A stretch of DNA of 64,000 bases, taken from assembly GCA_029717555.1 (NCBI GenBank), contig JAMDHS010000014.1:186001-250000 (forward strand), in the 5' to 3' direction. This document shows, piece by piece, positions 1 through 11,604 of this stretch. Source of the stretch: Peribolospora baueri (taxonomy: Eukaryota). The notes under the pieces were generated by a model. It did not search any database. It was not told where the DNA came from and was given only the letters and a program-made list of their open reading frames with translations. Position numbers and translations under genes: made by a program. How positions within the stretch are numbered: the stretch's first letter is position 1; the number at the start of each line of letters is the position of its first letter.

Positions 1-557
1 GGAAGCGCCGGCGCCAAAGTAACCTTCTGGGTTCTGGTCAAGGAAACCGACAACCGGAGGGTGAGAGGGATGGCTCGAGGCGGGGGGTGCTCCAGCGGGG
101 ACCGCTCCAGCGTGGCCCGCATGTGCATGGTCCGCTCCTCCAGGCTTGTTACTGGAAGGATGGTGCGCGCTGTCTGTCATTTGCTGGGGAGCGGAGTCCT
201 GGACCGAACGAGCGGGAAGAGAGTCGACGTGAGCGCATCATCGCTTTGGGGCTTTCGCAAGCCGGCCATCGTGCGAGTGGCAGCTCACTGGGGCCTTGTG
301 AGGCTGATCCACGGAGTGACCGGCTGGCGCCCGAGCACCATCGGCTGCGGGAGAAAGGTGGAGGGAAAGCGGAAAGAGAAGAAGACTATAGTCAGAACCA
401 ACTCGACGGGCACGGGCATAGCGCACTGGACGCTTGGCGTAGGTTCAAACGAACCGGCACGCTCACCTCCATGGAGGGCCGGGGCGGCGGAGGCGACGGC
501 GGTGACGGCGGCGAGGACGAGGCCAGCGAGAATGGCGGAGCGAGGAGAGAAGTGCAT
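1..557 (-). CDS. Predicted secreted protein, spliced, probably continuing past the window edge
   Basis: ATG at 557 gives MHFSPRSAILAGLVLAAVTAVASAAP, a typical signal peptide. It is followed by apparent introns (gtgcgc...ctgac...cgcag; gtgagc...tccag). No family recognised. Confidence 0.5.
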
Positions 558-1337
558 GGCAAAGGAGAGTGGAGGAAAATGAAGGGATGGTAATCCAAGA
601 GAACTACGATAGAAAGGAGAGCAAGTGAGGATGAGGTGGAAGGAAGGGAAGAGGACGAGTTGACAAGAACCGACCGCTTTTTAAACGTTTCTAGGCGCGC
701 TCCGCCCGCCTTCCCCCACACCGCGCAAGCCTCACCGAAGCCGAAGTCGAAGTCGAAGCGGCCATAGACGTTGAACCGATGGCGCGTCCTGCTAGTCGAA
801 GCGCCAAAATGTCGCGTCCAGTTAGAGAAGGCGCGAGTAGAGGTCAACGGCATATCTAGAGGAGTAGACGCTTTGGTGGCGGTTCAATGACCATAGTTCG
901 AGTGGCGCTGACTCCTGACAAGGTCGTCCTCCGCCGCTCTATCTTCGCTTTCTCTGGGCCTCGGGATGCTTTCTAGCTGTTCTAGTATCGGTATGGGGCC
1001 AAACAGGGGGGGAAAAAATAAGCAGCGGAGCGTCCAACTTGTCTTCATATCGTTCTGCGGCAAAGAGAGTCTCGGACAATGAGAAGGGCAAGAAAGAGGT
1101 GACCGCGTCTAGTCGAGTCACCGTACGAAGTCAACGTCAGTTCGCCCACGGAAGGGGTCCCGAGAGCGCATCGTCGATGCAAGCCCATGTGCAGCAGTTC
1201 TCGTCGGGAGGCTCCACCAAGGCGTCCAGACTGACAGGGGCGAGGAGATTGAAGAAGAAGATTCGTGTGCGCCTGAGACTTGGGGGAAGGAACCACGACG
1301 GACGGCCGAGTCGCGTTGCATCGCGTCATTGCTGCTT

Positions 1338-1355
1338 CACGTGACATGTCACGTG
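1338..1355. promoter_or_regulatory. Perfect 18-bp palindrome containing two CACGTG E-boxes
   Basis: CACGTGACATGTCACGTG is its own reverse complement. Confidence 0.5.
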
Positions 1356-1666
1356 GTAGCGCATGTCAGACGTCACCGTTGTCCGAGGGTACGGCCGCGG
1401 CACGACACGGCCGTGACATTGACATGGCAATTTAAGGGACATGCCCGCCTCGGCGGAGGGCGTTGCATGGCACATCAGTACGATGATCCGTCAACACCTT
1501 CGCGACCGTGGAGTAGCACACGGACAAATGTAACCATGTGACTTGGTGTCCCACGTCCGAACTCGGAACCCGTTCGTCTCCGTGATCTCGGGCCGCTTCG
1601 ACGAAATTGGACGATCGGTTTGAAGCGCGCGCACGACATAGTGGTGCAAGGAGGGAGGGACACCCG

Positions 1667-2200
1667 GCAGGCACTCCAGCCTAGCCGTTTGCGCTGCGCG
1701 GCCAGGGGTTACGACGGGAGGATACGAGACGGGTCGTGCCGGAGAAGAAGTGGAGCGCGACGTGATGGGGGGGAATGAGATGGGCTTCGTACGCGCGGGC
1801 GCGTCGCGAAGGCCGCCGCCGAAGGAACCTCACCGACTTGTGAAAGTACACCACGCCCATGCCCAACAGCGTGGCCAGTCCGGGGGTACAGATATGAGAG
1901 TCGAGACGAATGAGGAGAACGCTCGTGTCCGACTGCCATCGACGCACGACGACGTTGTACTGCTTGGGAACGCCCTCGCCCTCCTCGTCCACGCCTTGGC
2001 CGATCGGCCGGGAGCCGAGGAAAAGCGCTGCGTCGTGGTCGAGGGCTTGGAGGACCATGAGGAGGCCCCGGAGCAGGTCCAGCGCGACCAGTCGGGCGCG
2101 CTTGGTGTTCGCCGGCGGCGGCGCGCAGTCGTCGCTGTGCAAAGGGGCGGAGAGGTGAGTTTCCTGTACGAGGCTTGTGTCCGAGCGGCAGACCGGGCGA
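1667..2200 (-). pseudogene. Truncated DUF1624 / HGSNAT-catalytic-like membrane acyltransferase fragment
   Basis: RLVALDLLRGLLMVLQALDH...IRLDSHICTPG..LLGMGVVYFHKS, then an intron (gtgagg...cgcag), then RKRLGWSA, after which similarity stops. The remaining transmembrane segments are absent and the 5' limit is approximate. Confidence 0.55.
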
Positions 2201-3385
2201 GGATTGAATGATTTGGCTGTCTCCGCGAACAGAAGACGGTGGAGAGGAGCTGGATCTCCTTTGACAACGTACAAAGAGTCGTCCACGGGACTTTGCTCAG
2301 TGGGAATAAATAAAAGATCGGCTCGTCCACCACGTGCGTCAGCACGTCGTCGACGCTTACGATAAACCCTTGTGGGCCCCCGGTGACGCTTCCGCAGCTC
2401 ACTCTCACGAACATGACCGCATCCCTGACAAGACCGACGAAACAACATGTCCACGCGCGGCGTCCGAGCATCGTCCCCATTCCCATTACGTGCTTGCACG
2501 GGCGTGAGTAGAAGGGAGTAGGTAAGTGATTGGGGCGGGGCTAGGCGACGGAAGGAAGGGAGATGAGTGGCGGAGGAAGGGGGCTGGCTATCTTACAGAT
2601 GGGAGGGAGGGAGACAGCGAACGAGCGGGACGGGACGGGAGAGGACGCACCGGAGACCGGAACGAATGGCGGAGACGAGACGGACGGGACGGGGCGGGGT
2701 GTGCAGAAGAGGGAAAGGGACGTCGAAGGCGGCGAAAACGAAGGCGAGCAAAGGGAAGAAGAGGACGGGATACCTGGTGACGCAAGACGCCGAGGCCGGG
2801 AGTGGCGAAACGGAAGGGGAGCCAGGAGAGGGAGGAAGGGAAGGCATGGGATGAGACGGCGCGGTGAAGGGGAGATGGAAACTGGGATGGGATGGACGGA
2901 TGAGTGTACAATTTTAGTGTTGTGAAATGCGTCGAGTCAAAAAGCGGCGATGGAGAGGAGAGGAGAGGGAGAGGGGAGAGCTACTAGAGAAAAAGCCATG
3001 ATGAGCATGAACATGGTGAACGCGATTTCCGTGAAGGAAAGAAAGAAAAAAAAAAAGCGAAAATCAGGTCGGAATAGCAAGGGAGGCACAAGGTAGGTGA
3101 GAAAAGAAGGACTGGCGGCCGAGACTGAATGGATGGGGTGAGGCGGAGAGGAGGATCATGGTCGGAGCGAGGGAAACACGTCGGAGGCGTATATGTTACA
3201 AAGCGATCGATGGCTGGCTGGGCTGGGCTGGAGTGGAGTGGACTGGGCTGGGCTGGTATGACGCTCTCCCCTCTCCTTTTTCCGACTTGCTTGCATTACC
3301 GGTGCCGGTCCGCCGTGACGAAACGGATGGATGACCCACGGTGGACGAACGTTCGTTTCCGGTGCCCCACCTCGTCTGCCCGCGG

Positions 3386-4049
3386 TCACTCGTCCATGGC
3401 CTCGTCTCCGAGCGTCGACTCTTTGAGCCGGCTCTCCTTGAGAGGGCTGCTGCCGAAGGAAGCGCCATACGCGCCTGGAGCGCCGGCGGTGGCCCCGCCG
3501 CTGGTGCCTCGGTCGAGGTTGACGGCGCCGGGGTGGCTAGACGCGGAGATGGGACTGGTGGGCAGTGGACCGGCGGTAGGGGAGTGAGGCTGAGAGGTGG
3601 CAAAGGTGCCTGGACCGGGTGGGGCGGAGGTGGAGGTGGAGAGGACGCTGGGGGAGAGGACGCTGGTAGTGGGCGCGACGGTGGGTGAAGAGGCGTGGGG
3701 GATGGTGTCGGGCTGAGGGATGGCGGTGCCGACGGACTGCTGGGGTGCCTTTCCGGCTTTGGAGAGGGCGTAGTCGCCCGAGTCGAAGTATTTGCGCTCC
3801 TGTGAGTGGAGTGAACGGGGTGAGCGGGGTGAGGACACGGTGGCGAGCGGGCGAGCGGCTCACCTTTAGTTTGTTGCCGAGCACGTCCTTCCGGGTGGGG
3901 AGCCGGCCGTAGAGGCGGAAGAGCTTCTGCTCCTCCTCGGTGAGCGCCTAGAGAGGGGGGAGGAGTAGGTAAGCGAGAGGGCGGGCGTCGAACGGGCGAG
4001 AGGGCAGACTTACGCTGATGTCGACCTTGTTGCGCTGAGCGGGCAGCAT
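3386..4049 (-). CDS. IGO1: Endosulfine / ARPP-19 family (Igo1/2-like PP2A inhibitor), 3 exons
   Basis: MLPAQRNKVDIS | ALTEEEQKLFRLYGRLPTRKDVLGNKLK | ERKYFDSGDYALSKAGK; FDSGDY signature motif; canonical GT-AG introns. Confidence 0.95.
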
Positions 4050-4638
4050 GACGGCGATGGGCCCCTGGCGAAGAAGAAGGGAGAAGGCGGGCGCGAGGAC
4101 TCGCGGGGACGAGGGTGAGGAAGGCGATGCAGGTCGAGACGGTTTAGGGCCGGTCGGAAGGCGGTTGCGAGGCGAGCGAGGCAAAAGTCGGGTGAGGAGG
4201 AAGAGTGGAAAGGCGAGGGCGGGTGGCGTTGCAGAGCCGGAGAGTGGGAGGGGCGAGCTGTCGAGGGGGACGACGGCCAGAGCTGGAGGGCGACGAGGCG
4301 TGGGCGTGGGCGAGGTGAGAGGCCGTTGGTTGGTTGGATTGGAGGCGGGTGGGAGAGCGTTGGGCGAGGTGGGAGTGCTTGTGGGCGAGTGAGACGGAGG
4401 AGGAGGAGGAGGAAGAAGTCGGATGGCGGCGAGGACGACGACGACGACGACGAAGAGGAACGCGGATGGCGGAGGCGGCGATGACGGCGATGGCGGCGAT
4501 GAGGATGGCGGCGACGACGACGACGACCACCGACGACCGACGGCGCTGTCCGCTGGCGAGCCTTATTGCTGCTGGCTGTCGGCGGCGGGCGGGCAGGCGC
4601 GAGCGAGTGGCTGGCTCGCGCTTCGACCGGCGGCTGTG

Positions 4639-4707
4639 ATTGGTGGGGATAACGCCACGCGCACGTGACCCTCTAACCCTAACCCGCGTCGCATAACGCG
4701 TAACCCT
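4639..4707. promoter_or_regulatory. CCAAT box + E-box + telo-box cluster between IGO1 and the permease gene
   Basis: ATTGG at 4639, CACGTGAC at 4662, TAACCCTAACCC at 4674, and another TAACCCT at about 4701. Confidence 0.45.
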
Positions 4708-5868
4708 GTTCTGTGGACCGTCCGAACTTGGAGCCACGAGGCGGTCGGGCCGGCTGTGCGAGCTGCGCGATGAACACACGGGGCGAGCGAGGAAGGTGCC
4801 TGAAGAAAAGGTCCGCGGGAGGGCGGCGGGCGATGGCGTCATTGTGCGGGCGCGCGGGCGTGCGGGCGTGCTCGACCAACCACAGGCGTCCCCGGACGAG
4901 ATGGGGGCCGACGATGACTGGCAGCGCTGCACGACGCAGCGGCGAGCGAGGGAGAGCGAGCGAGGCTGAGGCAGAGAGGGAACAAAGATGGAGACAGAGA
5001 CGGACGTTAGTGGCGCACACCGAAGGAAGAGACAAGCCCAAGCAGACGCGACGGTTACGGGTCAGGCCGCGTCCGGCGGCGTCGGACAGGCCACCCGCGT
5101 GGAGCACATGTCATGTCAGCCACCAGCGAGCGCCGTGCCTGTGCCTCGCTCGATCCTCGCACACGTTTTTGCGCTCCCTTAACGGGAACGGCGACGGCAG
5201 TTGACTAACCGACAGAAGCAAGCAGGCAAGCAAGCAAGGCGGTGGCAGACGAGGCGATACAATGTCTATCTATCTGACACTCAGCAGATACACACACACG
5301 CACTGACTACCGACTGATTCGGCCGACGTCACCGCCGAAGGGAAGAGAAACGAAACGAAACGAGCGACGGATGGAAACGGGGTGGTGAATACGCACGAAG
5401 GGATATCGTTCCGCCTCATCTCGTCTCTCCCCTCGTCTCCTTGTTCCAAGCAACTCCAACAACACCCGTCTCGCTCGCTGCCCCGGGCCCAAATCCGAAG
5501 GCAGCCCACGACGGGCGGCCATGTGGCTGTGGACTTGGTCGGTTCGAACCGCGGGCGCCCTCGCTCTTGCCCGCCTCCTCGTCTACAAGCACGCCATCGC
5601 CGTCGTCGTTCCTCCTCTTCCCCTTCTACGACCACCCCTTCGACTTAAACTAGGTCGACCCCATCCTTTTTCCTTTTCCTTCTCCTTCTTCCACCACTTA
5701 ACCATCTCCTCTCCTCTCCATACCCTAACGTTCGATCTCGCCTCATCCGTGTCTCACTCTACCTTTTCTTTCTCTCTTCCTCCAAATCTCTCTTTTCTCT
5801 TCTTTCCAAATCTGCCCTCCCTCTTTTCCTTCTCTCTCTCCCTCTCTCCTCCACCTTCCGCCCCCGAC

Positions 5869-7822
5869 ATGGACGCCGAAAAGACCAGCCAGCAGTCCGT
5901 CACCCCCGCCGACGGCGACGGCGTCCACCGCGCCGTCTCGCCCACCGCCGCCCTCGGCGCCGCCAGGCTCAGCAAGATCACGAGCCGCAAATCAACCACC
6001 GCCGGCGAGGTCACTTCCCTCTCTGCCAACGCTATCGAGGACGGCGAGAGCGAGTTTGATGGACAGAGTCATTATCGGACTATGTCTTGGCCTAAGGCTG
6101 CTGGATTGCTCTTTGGCGAATAGTGAGCAGAGAGTCTGTTTTTTCGTCCTTTCTTTTCCTCCCTCACCCTTTTTTTTTTTCCTTTCCCTCTTCCTCCAGC
6201 GTCTGCCTCGCCATTCTCGCCTTCCCCTCCGTCTTCGGCGTCCTCGGCATGGCCGGCGGTGTCATCGCAGTGAGTCCCCCTTTCGGCGGCTAAGGAGATA
6301 AACTCCTTATCGACTCGCTCCCCTCGCCCCACCTCCACAGTGCGTCGTCATCGGCCTCGTCACCCTCTATACCTCCCTCATCCTACACAAGTACATCATG
6401 GCCCACCCTAACCTGCTCAACATCTGCGACATTGGCTACCAGCTTGTGAGTCATCTTGCCGTCCCTCCTTTCCATCTTCGCCTCCACCTCATCGTCTCCC
6501 TCACCTTGCCCCCTCCCAGTTCGGCAAGAAGCAATGGGCCTACGAGGCGACGGCCATCATGCTCTGCCTCAACAACATCTTCATCCAAGGTCTCCACACC
6601 CTCACCGGCGCCGAGATCTTCAACACTCTCTCCAACCACGGCACCTGCTCCATCGCCTTTGCCGTCGTCACCCTCATCCTCGGCTTTCTCCTCACCATCC
6701 CCAGGCAGATGAACAGCATCGCCAAGCTCGGTGTCCTGAGCTCGGCGTCCATGTTCATCGCCATCTTGCTCACCATCATCTTCTCCGGCGTTCAGGACCA
6801 CCCCGCCGGTTACCAACCCGAGACGCCCGTCCGCATTCACGTTTGGGCCCCTCCCGGCACGACCTTTGTCGCTGGTTTCAACGCCTTTTTGAACATCAGT
6901 AAGTACGCTGCCTCCGCTCCGACGGCGACCGAGCTGCTCACTTCGCTTCTTTCTGCCCCACAGCGTTCACCTTCGTCGGTCAGATCTGCTACCCCTCCTT
7001 CATCGCTGAGATGAAGAACCCGGCCGACTTCCCCAAGGCCCTCTACGCGATCACGGTAGCCGAGTTCATCCTCTTCATCCTCACCGGTGCCATCGTGTAC
7101 CACTTCACCGGAGACTACGTCAGCGCGCCCGCCGTCGTCGTCCTCAAGCCCGTATTCAAAAAGATTGCCTTTGCTTTCGTCCTGCCGACGACGATCATCA
7201 TCGGCGTCATCTATGCCAGCGTCGTCGCCAAGTACATCTTCCAGCGCATCTTTTACGGCACCGAGCACTACACCTCCAACTCGGTCTTTAGCTGGGGTTG
7301 CTGGATGCTCATCTGCCTCGGCACCTGGGTCGTCGGATGGATCATCGGCGAGGCCATTCCCTTCTTTGGTTCGGTGAGTTTCCGCCCGTCGTCACGGTGC
7401 CAGCGGACCGAACCGTCATCTCACTTTCCTCTCATCACCTCTTCGCAGCTCCTGAGCTTGATGAGCGCCCTCTTCGACGGCTTCTTCGGCTTCATTTACT
7501 GGGCCTTTGCCTACTTCGAGCTCAACCGAGGAAACCTGTGGAGGGGCGCATCCATATGGCGCAAGTTGGAAACCGCCTTCAACGTCTTGCTCATCTTCTG
7601 CGGCCTTTTCATCCTCGGACCGGGAGTATATACCTCCGTCGAGGCTATCATCGCTGGTTATAAAGCCGGTACGGTGGGCGGGGCTTTTAGCTGTGCGGAC
7701 AACAGCGTGAGTTATCTTTCTTACTTCGGCCAAAAGGTCCCGCTCTTTCTTAATTTCGCCCCAAGGTCCCGCTCAAAGAATCTGGTCCACCGTCGTCCGT
7801 TTTCTCTTCCTTCCAGGTATGA
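5869..7822 (+). CDS. Neutral amino-acid permease (Aa_trans/AAAP family, Neurospora Mtr-like), multi-exon
   Basis: MDAEK...YRTMSWPKAAGLLFGEY, ICDIG, AEMKNPADFPKAL, IIGEAIPFF, C-terminal FSCADNS; many transmembrane segments. Final coding exon GTA TGA at 7817-7822. Confidence 0.92.
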
Positions 7823-8493
7823 GACGACGCCCATCTCGGCCTTCCCTTTCCCGTTCTCGCTTTCGTCCTTCTCCGTTCTTTTCTAGCATATCCACGCGTC
7901 GACGTCCTTCCCGTCAGCCTTTTCTCCCATCCTTTACACCATACACAGCCGTCGTAGACCCGCGGCTTGGACGCGTCCCCTCCTTTGCACGGCGGCCTCC
8001 AACCCTTTTCGGCTGCCTCCTTCGCTCACCAGACCTCCGTTCCCCCATTTTACCTGCCTAGCTTTAGTCCTCCGGACGCCCCCGTCTTCCTTTACCTGTC
8101 CTGCCCTCCCCCTACTGTTCCATTTCTCCTCTCCTGTGGGCCGCCCTCCTCTCTTTGCGAGGCGCAGAGCCGCCTCGTGTCCGTCTGTCTCCACTCCTCC
8201 TCTTCCTTGCCTCGGAGTCCCGCTAGCGAGCGAGCGGGCGTTCCTTAGGCCTCAAGAGGGAGTTGGCAAGCACGACGCGACGCGAGGTTTGCGAGGTTTT
8301 TTTTCCCGCGCCTCCGCACCCCCCGTTCGTCCTTTCGGCTACCCCCGCTCGTCTTTCCCGCGCGCAGCAGCAGCAGCGGAAAACGGGTGGAGGTTCAGTC
8401 GTCGGACGCGGGGAACGGACGCGGGGGAGACCCGCTTGCAATGCTCCTTCATCGATGCCGTCGAGCACGCGCCTGGACGGGAACGGACCCGGC

Positions 8494-8524
<31 letters not shown>

Positions 8525-8579
8525 CCTCGACGCGCGGCTCCACAGGAGGAGGAGGAAGAGGGCAACGGAGGGAAGGCTT

Positions 8580-8614
8580 GACTGACTGACTGACTGACTG
8601 ACTGACTTGACTGA
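8580..8614. repeat. (GACT)n microsatellite
   Basis: gactgactgactgactgactgactgac... Confidence 0.9.
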
Positions 8615-8906
8615 CCGCGCGGAGAGACGACGCTCGCTCCCGCCCTTCACTCATCCTTCCACTCACCACACCTCCCTTCACATCCTTCCACTCACCACGC
8701 CTCCCTCTCTCGCCCTCGCCAGGCCCCAACCAAGCCAAAGAGCCAAGGAAGGACGCGGCGAGGGGAGGGTACGGTGGTAGGAGAAGAAAAGACGACTCGG
8801 TCCCGTTCCACCGCTCCTCCCTCCATTCTCTCGCAAGCTCCACAACTAGAACCTACGCATCTTCGCATCTTCCTCGCCGTTACGCCATAAATAGGCCAGC
8901 CCCGCC

Positions 8907-9070
8907 TGTATCTGTATCTGTATCTGTACATATGTCTGTAAGTATGTATGTACGTCGGTCATACCCCCGCCCCCGCGATACCCCTCCCGCCCGTGCCCGT
9001 GTCCGTGTTCGTGTCCTGTCTGGCTGATCTGATACCCGTCGTAGGTACATACATACATACATACATACAC
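8907..9070. repeat. Compound microsatellites (CTGTAT)n, (TATG)n and (TACA)n
   Basis: Directly visible; the TATG and CATA tracts are inverted relative to each other. Confidence 0.8.
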
Positions 9071-9982
9071 ACGTGCTCACTCGTCCACTCCCGTCGTCCT
9101 CACACGTGCCTGTCTGCTCTGCTCTAACCGACGTGGAGGAATGACCGCCGCCATATAGCTTAAGCTGTCTTGAGAGCGATGATCGTCGTCGTCGTCTCGC
9201 ACTCACGCACGCTATGTTATAGCAGTATCACACGCACACATCCGACGGACGAGTAGTGCGAGCCGACGACGACGACGCTGCTCCGCGCTGGCTCGATTCG
9301 CTTCGATTTGATCGGCGGGCGTGGCATGACGTCACCGTCCGTCCGTCCCTCCGTCGTCCGTCCCTGATCGATGATTCTTTCTTTCCGCTCGTCAATTCTC
9401 TTCTTCATCGGGTCGCCTTGCCTCTCTCCTCATATATATCATATCGTAAAATCATCCATCCATTCATTCATTCATTTCCTGCCTGCCCTTGGCCACGCGC
9501 CCCCGCCTCGAGGAGTCCCAGCCGGACGTCGTCCCGTTCTTTCGTCGTCGTAGTCGTAGTTGTCGTCGTCGTCCTTGCGCAGGAGGAGGACGACGACGAC
9601 GACAATGAAGATGATGATGATGGACAGACGGCGTCACGTCGTCACTCCACCCTCCCTCCCTCCATCATCGGCGGGAGGGCGTCTGACCGCGACGCGACGC
9701 GACAATCGTCAGCTATAAATTACCATCCCGTCCGACTCACCTCTTTCCCTCCTCCCATCCACATCCACATCCATATCCACCCACATCCAGTCGGGTCGGG
9801 CCATACCCGCTCGCTCCCTCCCTCCCTCTAGCGCAGCCTTAGCCAGGACAGCCCGCCCGCCGTGCCGAATTCGCATTTCCCTCGCGTCGTCTCCAGACTT
9901 AAAACTCCTTTCTTCTTCTCCGACAGCCCCAGAGGGTAGATAGACATGGCTGGAATCGCCTCCCACCTGCCCATCTTCGGCC

Positions 9983-10670
9983 ATGGGCAGGGACAGCGAC
10001 AGGGTCGCGACAGGCAGGTGTCGGAACGGCACATCGCCACCGCATGTTGGATATCGTGTTGGACCAACTCCTCTACCGGCCTTCCCGCCGGCCGCCCCTC
10101 CGTCCCGATACGATGATTATTATCGCTCATCGTCGTCTTCTTACGACCCTTATCCTGGCCCCGGAGCAGATCCTCGTGGGTATGGTTATGGGGATCCGCG
10201 TGGACCTGAGCGGGGTGCCTATGAGCGGGATAGAGGCGACCCCCGCGGTCCTCCCCCACTAGGCAGGAGAGGCCCGTCAAGCGAAACGCTTTTGGCGCAC
10301 GCCTCGAGGACGCGATGCAAGTGGGATATGAAGGGTGCGTGCGTCGTCTTGTGCAATAGTTGTGAAAGCTCGACGCGAATCGCACGCTCACATTCCCATG
10401 TGTCTGTTTTTCCCCCTTGTTCCCCTGTTCGCTCATGCGTGCAGGTTATTGTCGCAACGGCAGCAGCTGCTTGTTCATTCATGGAGAGCCGCCTTCAGAT
10501 CGACTAGGCGAGACCGTCCCCCCTCGGACGATAGACGGCCCCCTTACCCCTCAGCCTCTCGTTACGACAACGACCGGCGCCGAGGATATGGCGATCAGCG
10601 CCTGTACGGCGATTCTGATCACGCTTACGACCGCCCGCCGCCGGCATCGTCCGACTATGCTCCGGCATAG
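9983..10670 (+). pseudogene. Fragment of a CCCH zinc-finger, R/D/Y/P-rich RNA-binding protein
   Basis: Splicing of intron 10335-10444 gives CKWDMKGYCRNGSSCLFIH (C-x7-C-x5-C-x3-H). The low-complexity RDRPPSDDRRPPYP continuation lies in a different frame (shift near 10495). Confidence 0.55.
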
Positions 10671-11353
10671 GGAAGGGAAGATCGAGAGCGACTCAGACGC
10701 CGAGGTGGCCAGCAAGCTCTCTACGGGCATCGACCCGGCGCTGGACAGGATCAAGCCGCTGACGAACATGATCCAGGATGTGACTGCATCCGAGCCCTCC
10801 TCTCGAGCATACGCCGAGCTGACGGACTGACTTTTGGCCCTGCATCCTCCCCCTTCGACCAGCGTCATGTCAGAACCTCGACAGGCTCCAGCAGGACAAG
10901 GACGCAGACAGGGAGATCGACGAGCAGGCGTTCGTCGATAAGATGCGTCCGCTCATCGATGAGGCCACCAACGTCCTCCACCACACCCTTGGCGCCGTCA
11001 AACTATCGACCCAGACGGTCATGTCACCAAGGCCGCTCGGCGCAAGGCCCAGGATCACGGCGCTTCGCCGGAGGAGCGGCATCTCGCCGATCGGCTGGCC
11101 GACGTGATCCACCGAGACCGTCGTTCCTTTCCCTCCGCGCTCACCGCCGCCCTCACCCTCCTTCTTTTCCAGCTCACCGAAACTGTGGTCAAGGCCATCG
11201 AGAACGCCAAGGCAAAGATCCAGGACATGCCCAAGGCCAAGCAGTTCCTCGGCCCCCTCCTCGACCTCCTTGGAGGCGAGCCGGCCCCTCTTCCAGATCC
11301 TCTCTGCCGTCGGTCTCTTGCTCAACGGCGTACTCAGCCTCGCAGGCTGGTGA
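10671..11353 (+). pseudogene. Frameshifted DUF6987-like domain (C-terminus of fungal LEA-domain proteins)
   Basis: IKPLTNMI..DEQAFVDKMRPLIDEATNVL..GAVK / IDPDGHV..ASPEERHLADRL | LTETVVKAIENAKAKIQDMPKAK..L.PL..LL / PLFQILSAVGLLLNGVL. Frameshifts near 11001 and 11280. Family name recalled from memory, not searched. Confidence 0.6.
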
Positions 11354-11604
11354 GCCGTCCTGACCGGGTACAAACGTCGATACCGAGCCACGCATGCTTA
11401 CTCACGTGCCCCCCCCCATGCCTCGTTTCCCCTTACCCAGCTCGACGGCCTCGGAATGTCAAAACTCCTCCAACCTCCGAACCGGTCGCAAAACGCTTGC
11501 TGTTGAGAGGCGATCGAACGTGGGGATATCTACAAATGCGTGCTCCCCGCGACCCCATATGGCTCAGAATACTTGTCATATTGTCTGTCGTCTGCGGTTC
11601 CTCC

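Noticed and set aside
9790..9832. Hairpin followed by CTAG as a possible Helitron 3' end
   Set aside because: The stem is weak, CTAG is followed by C rather than T, and no matching 5' end or helicase was found.
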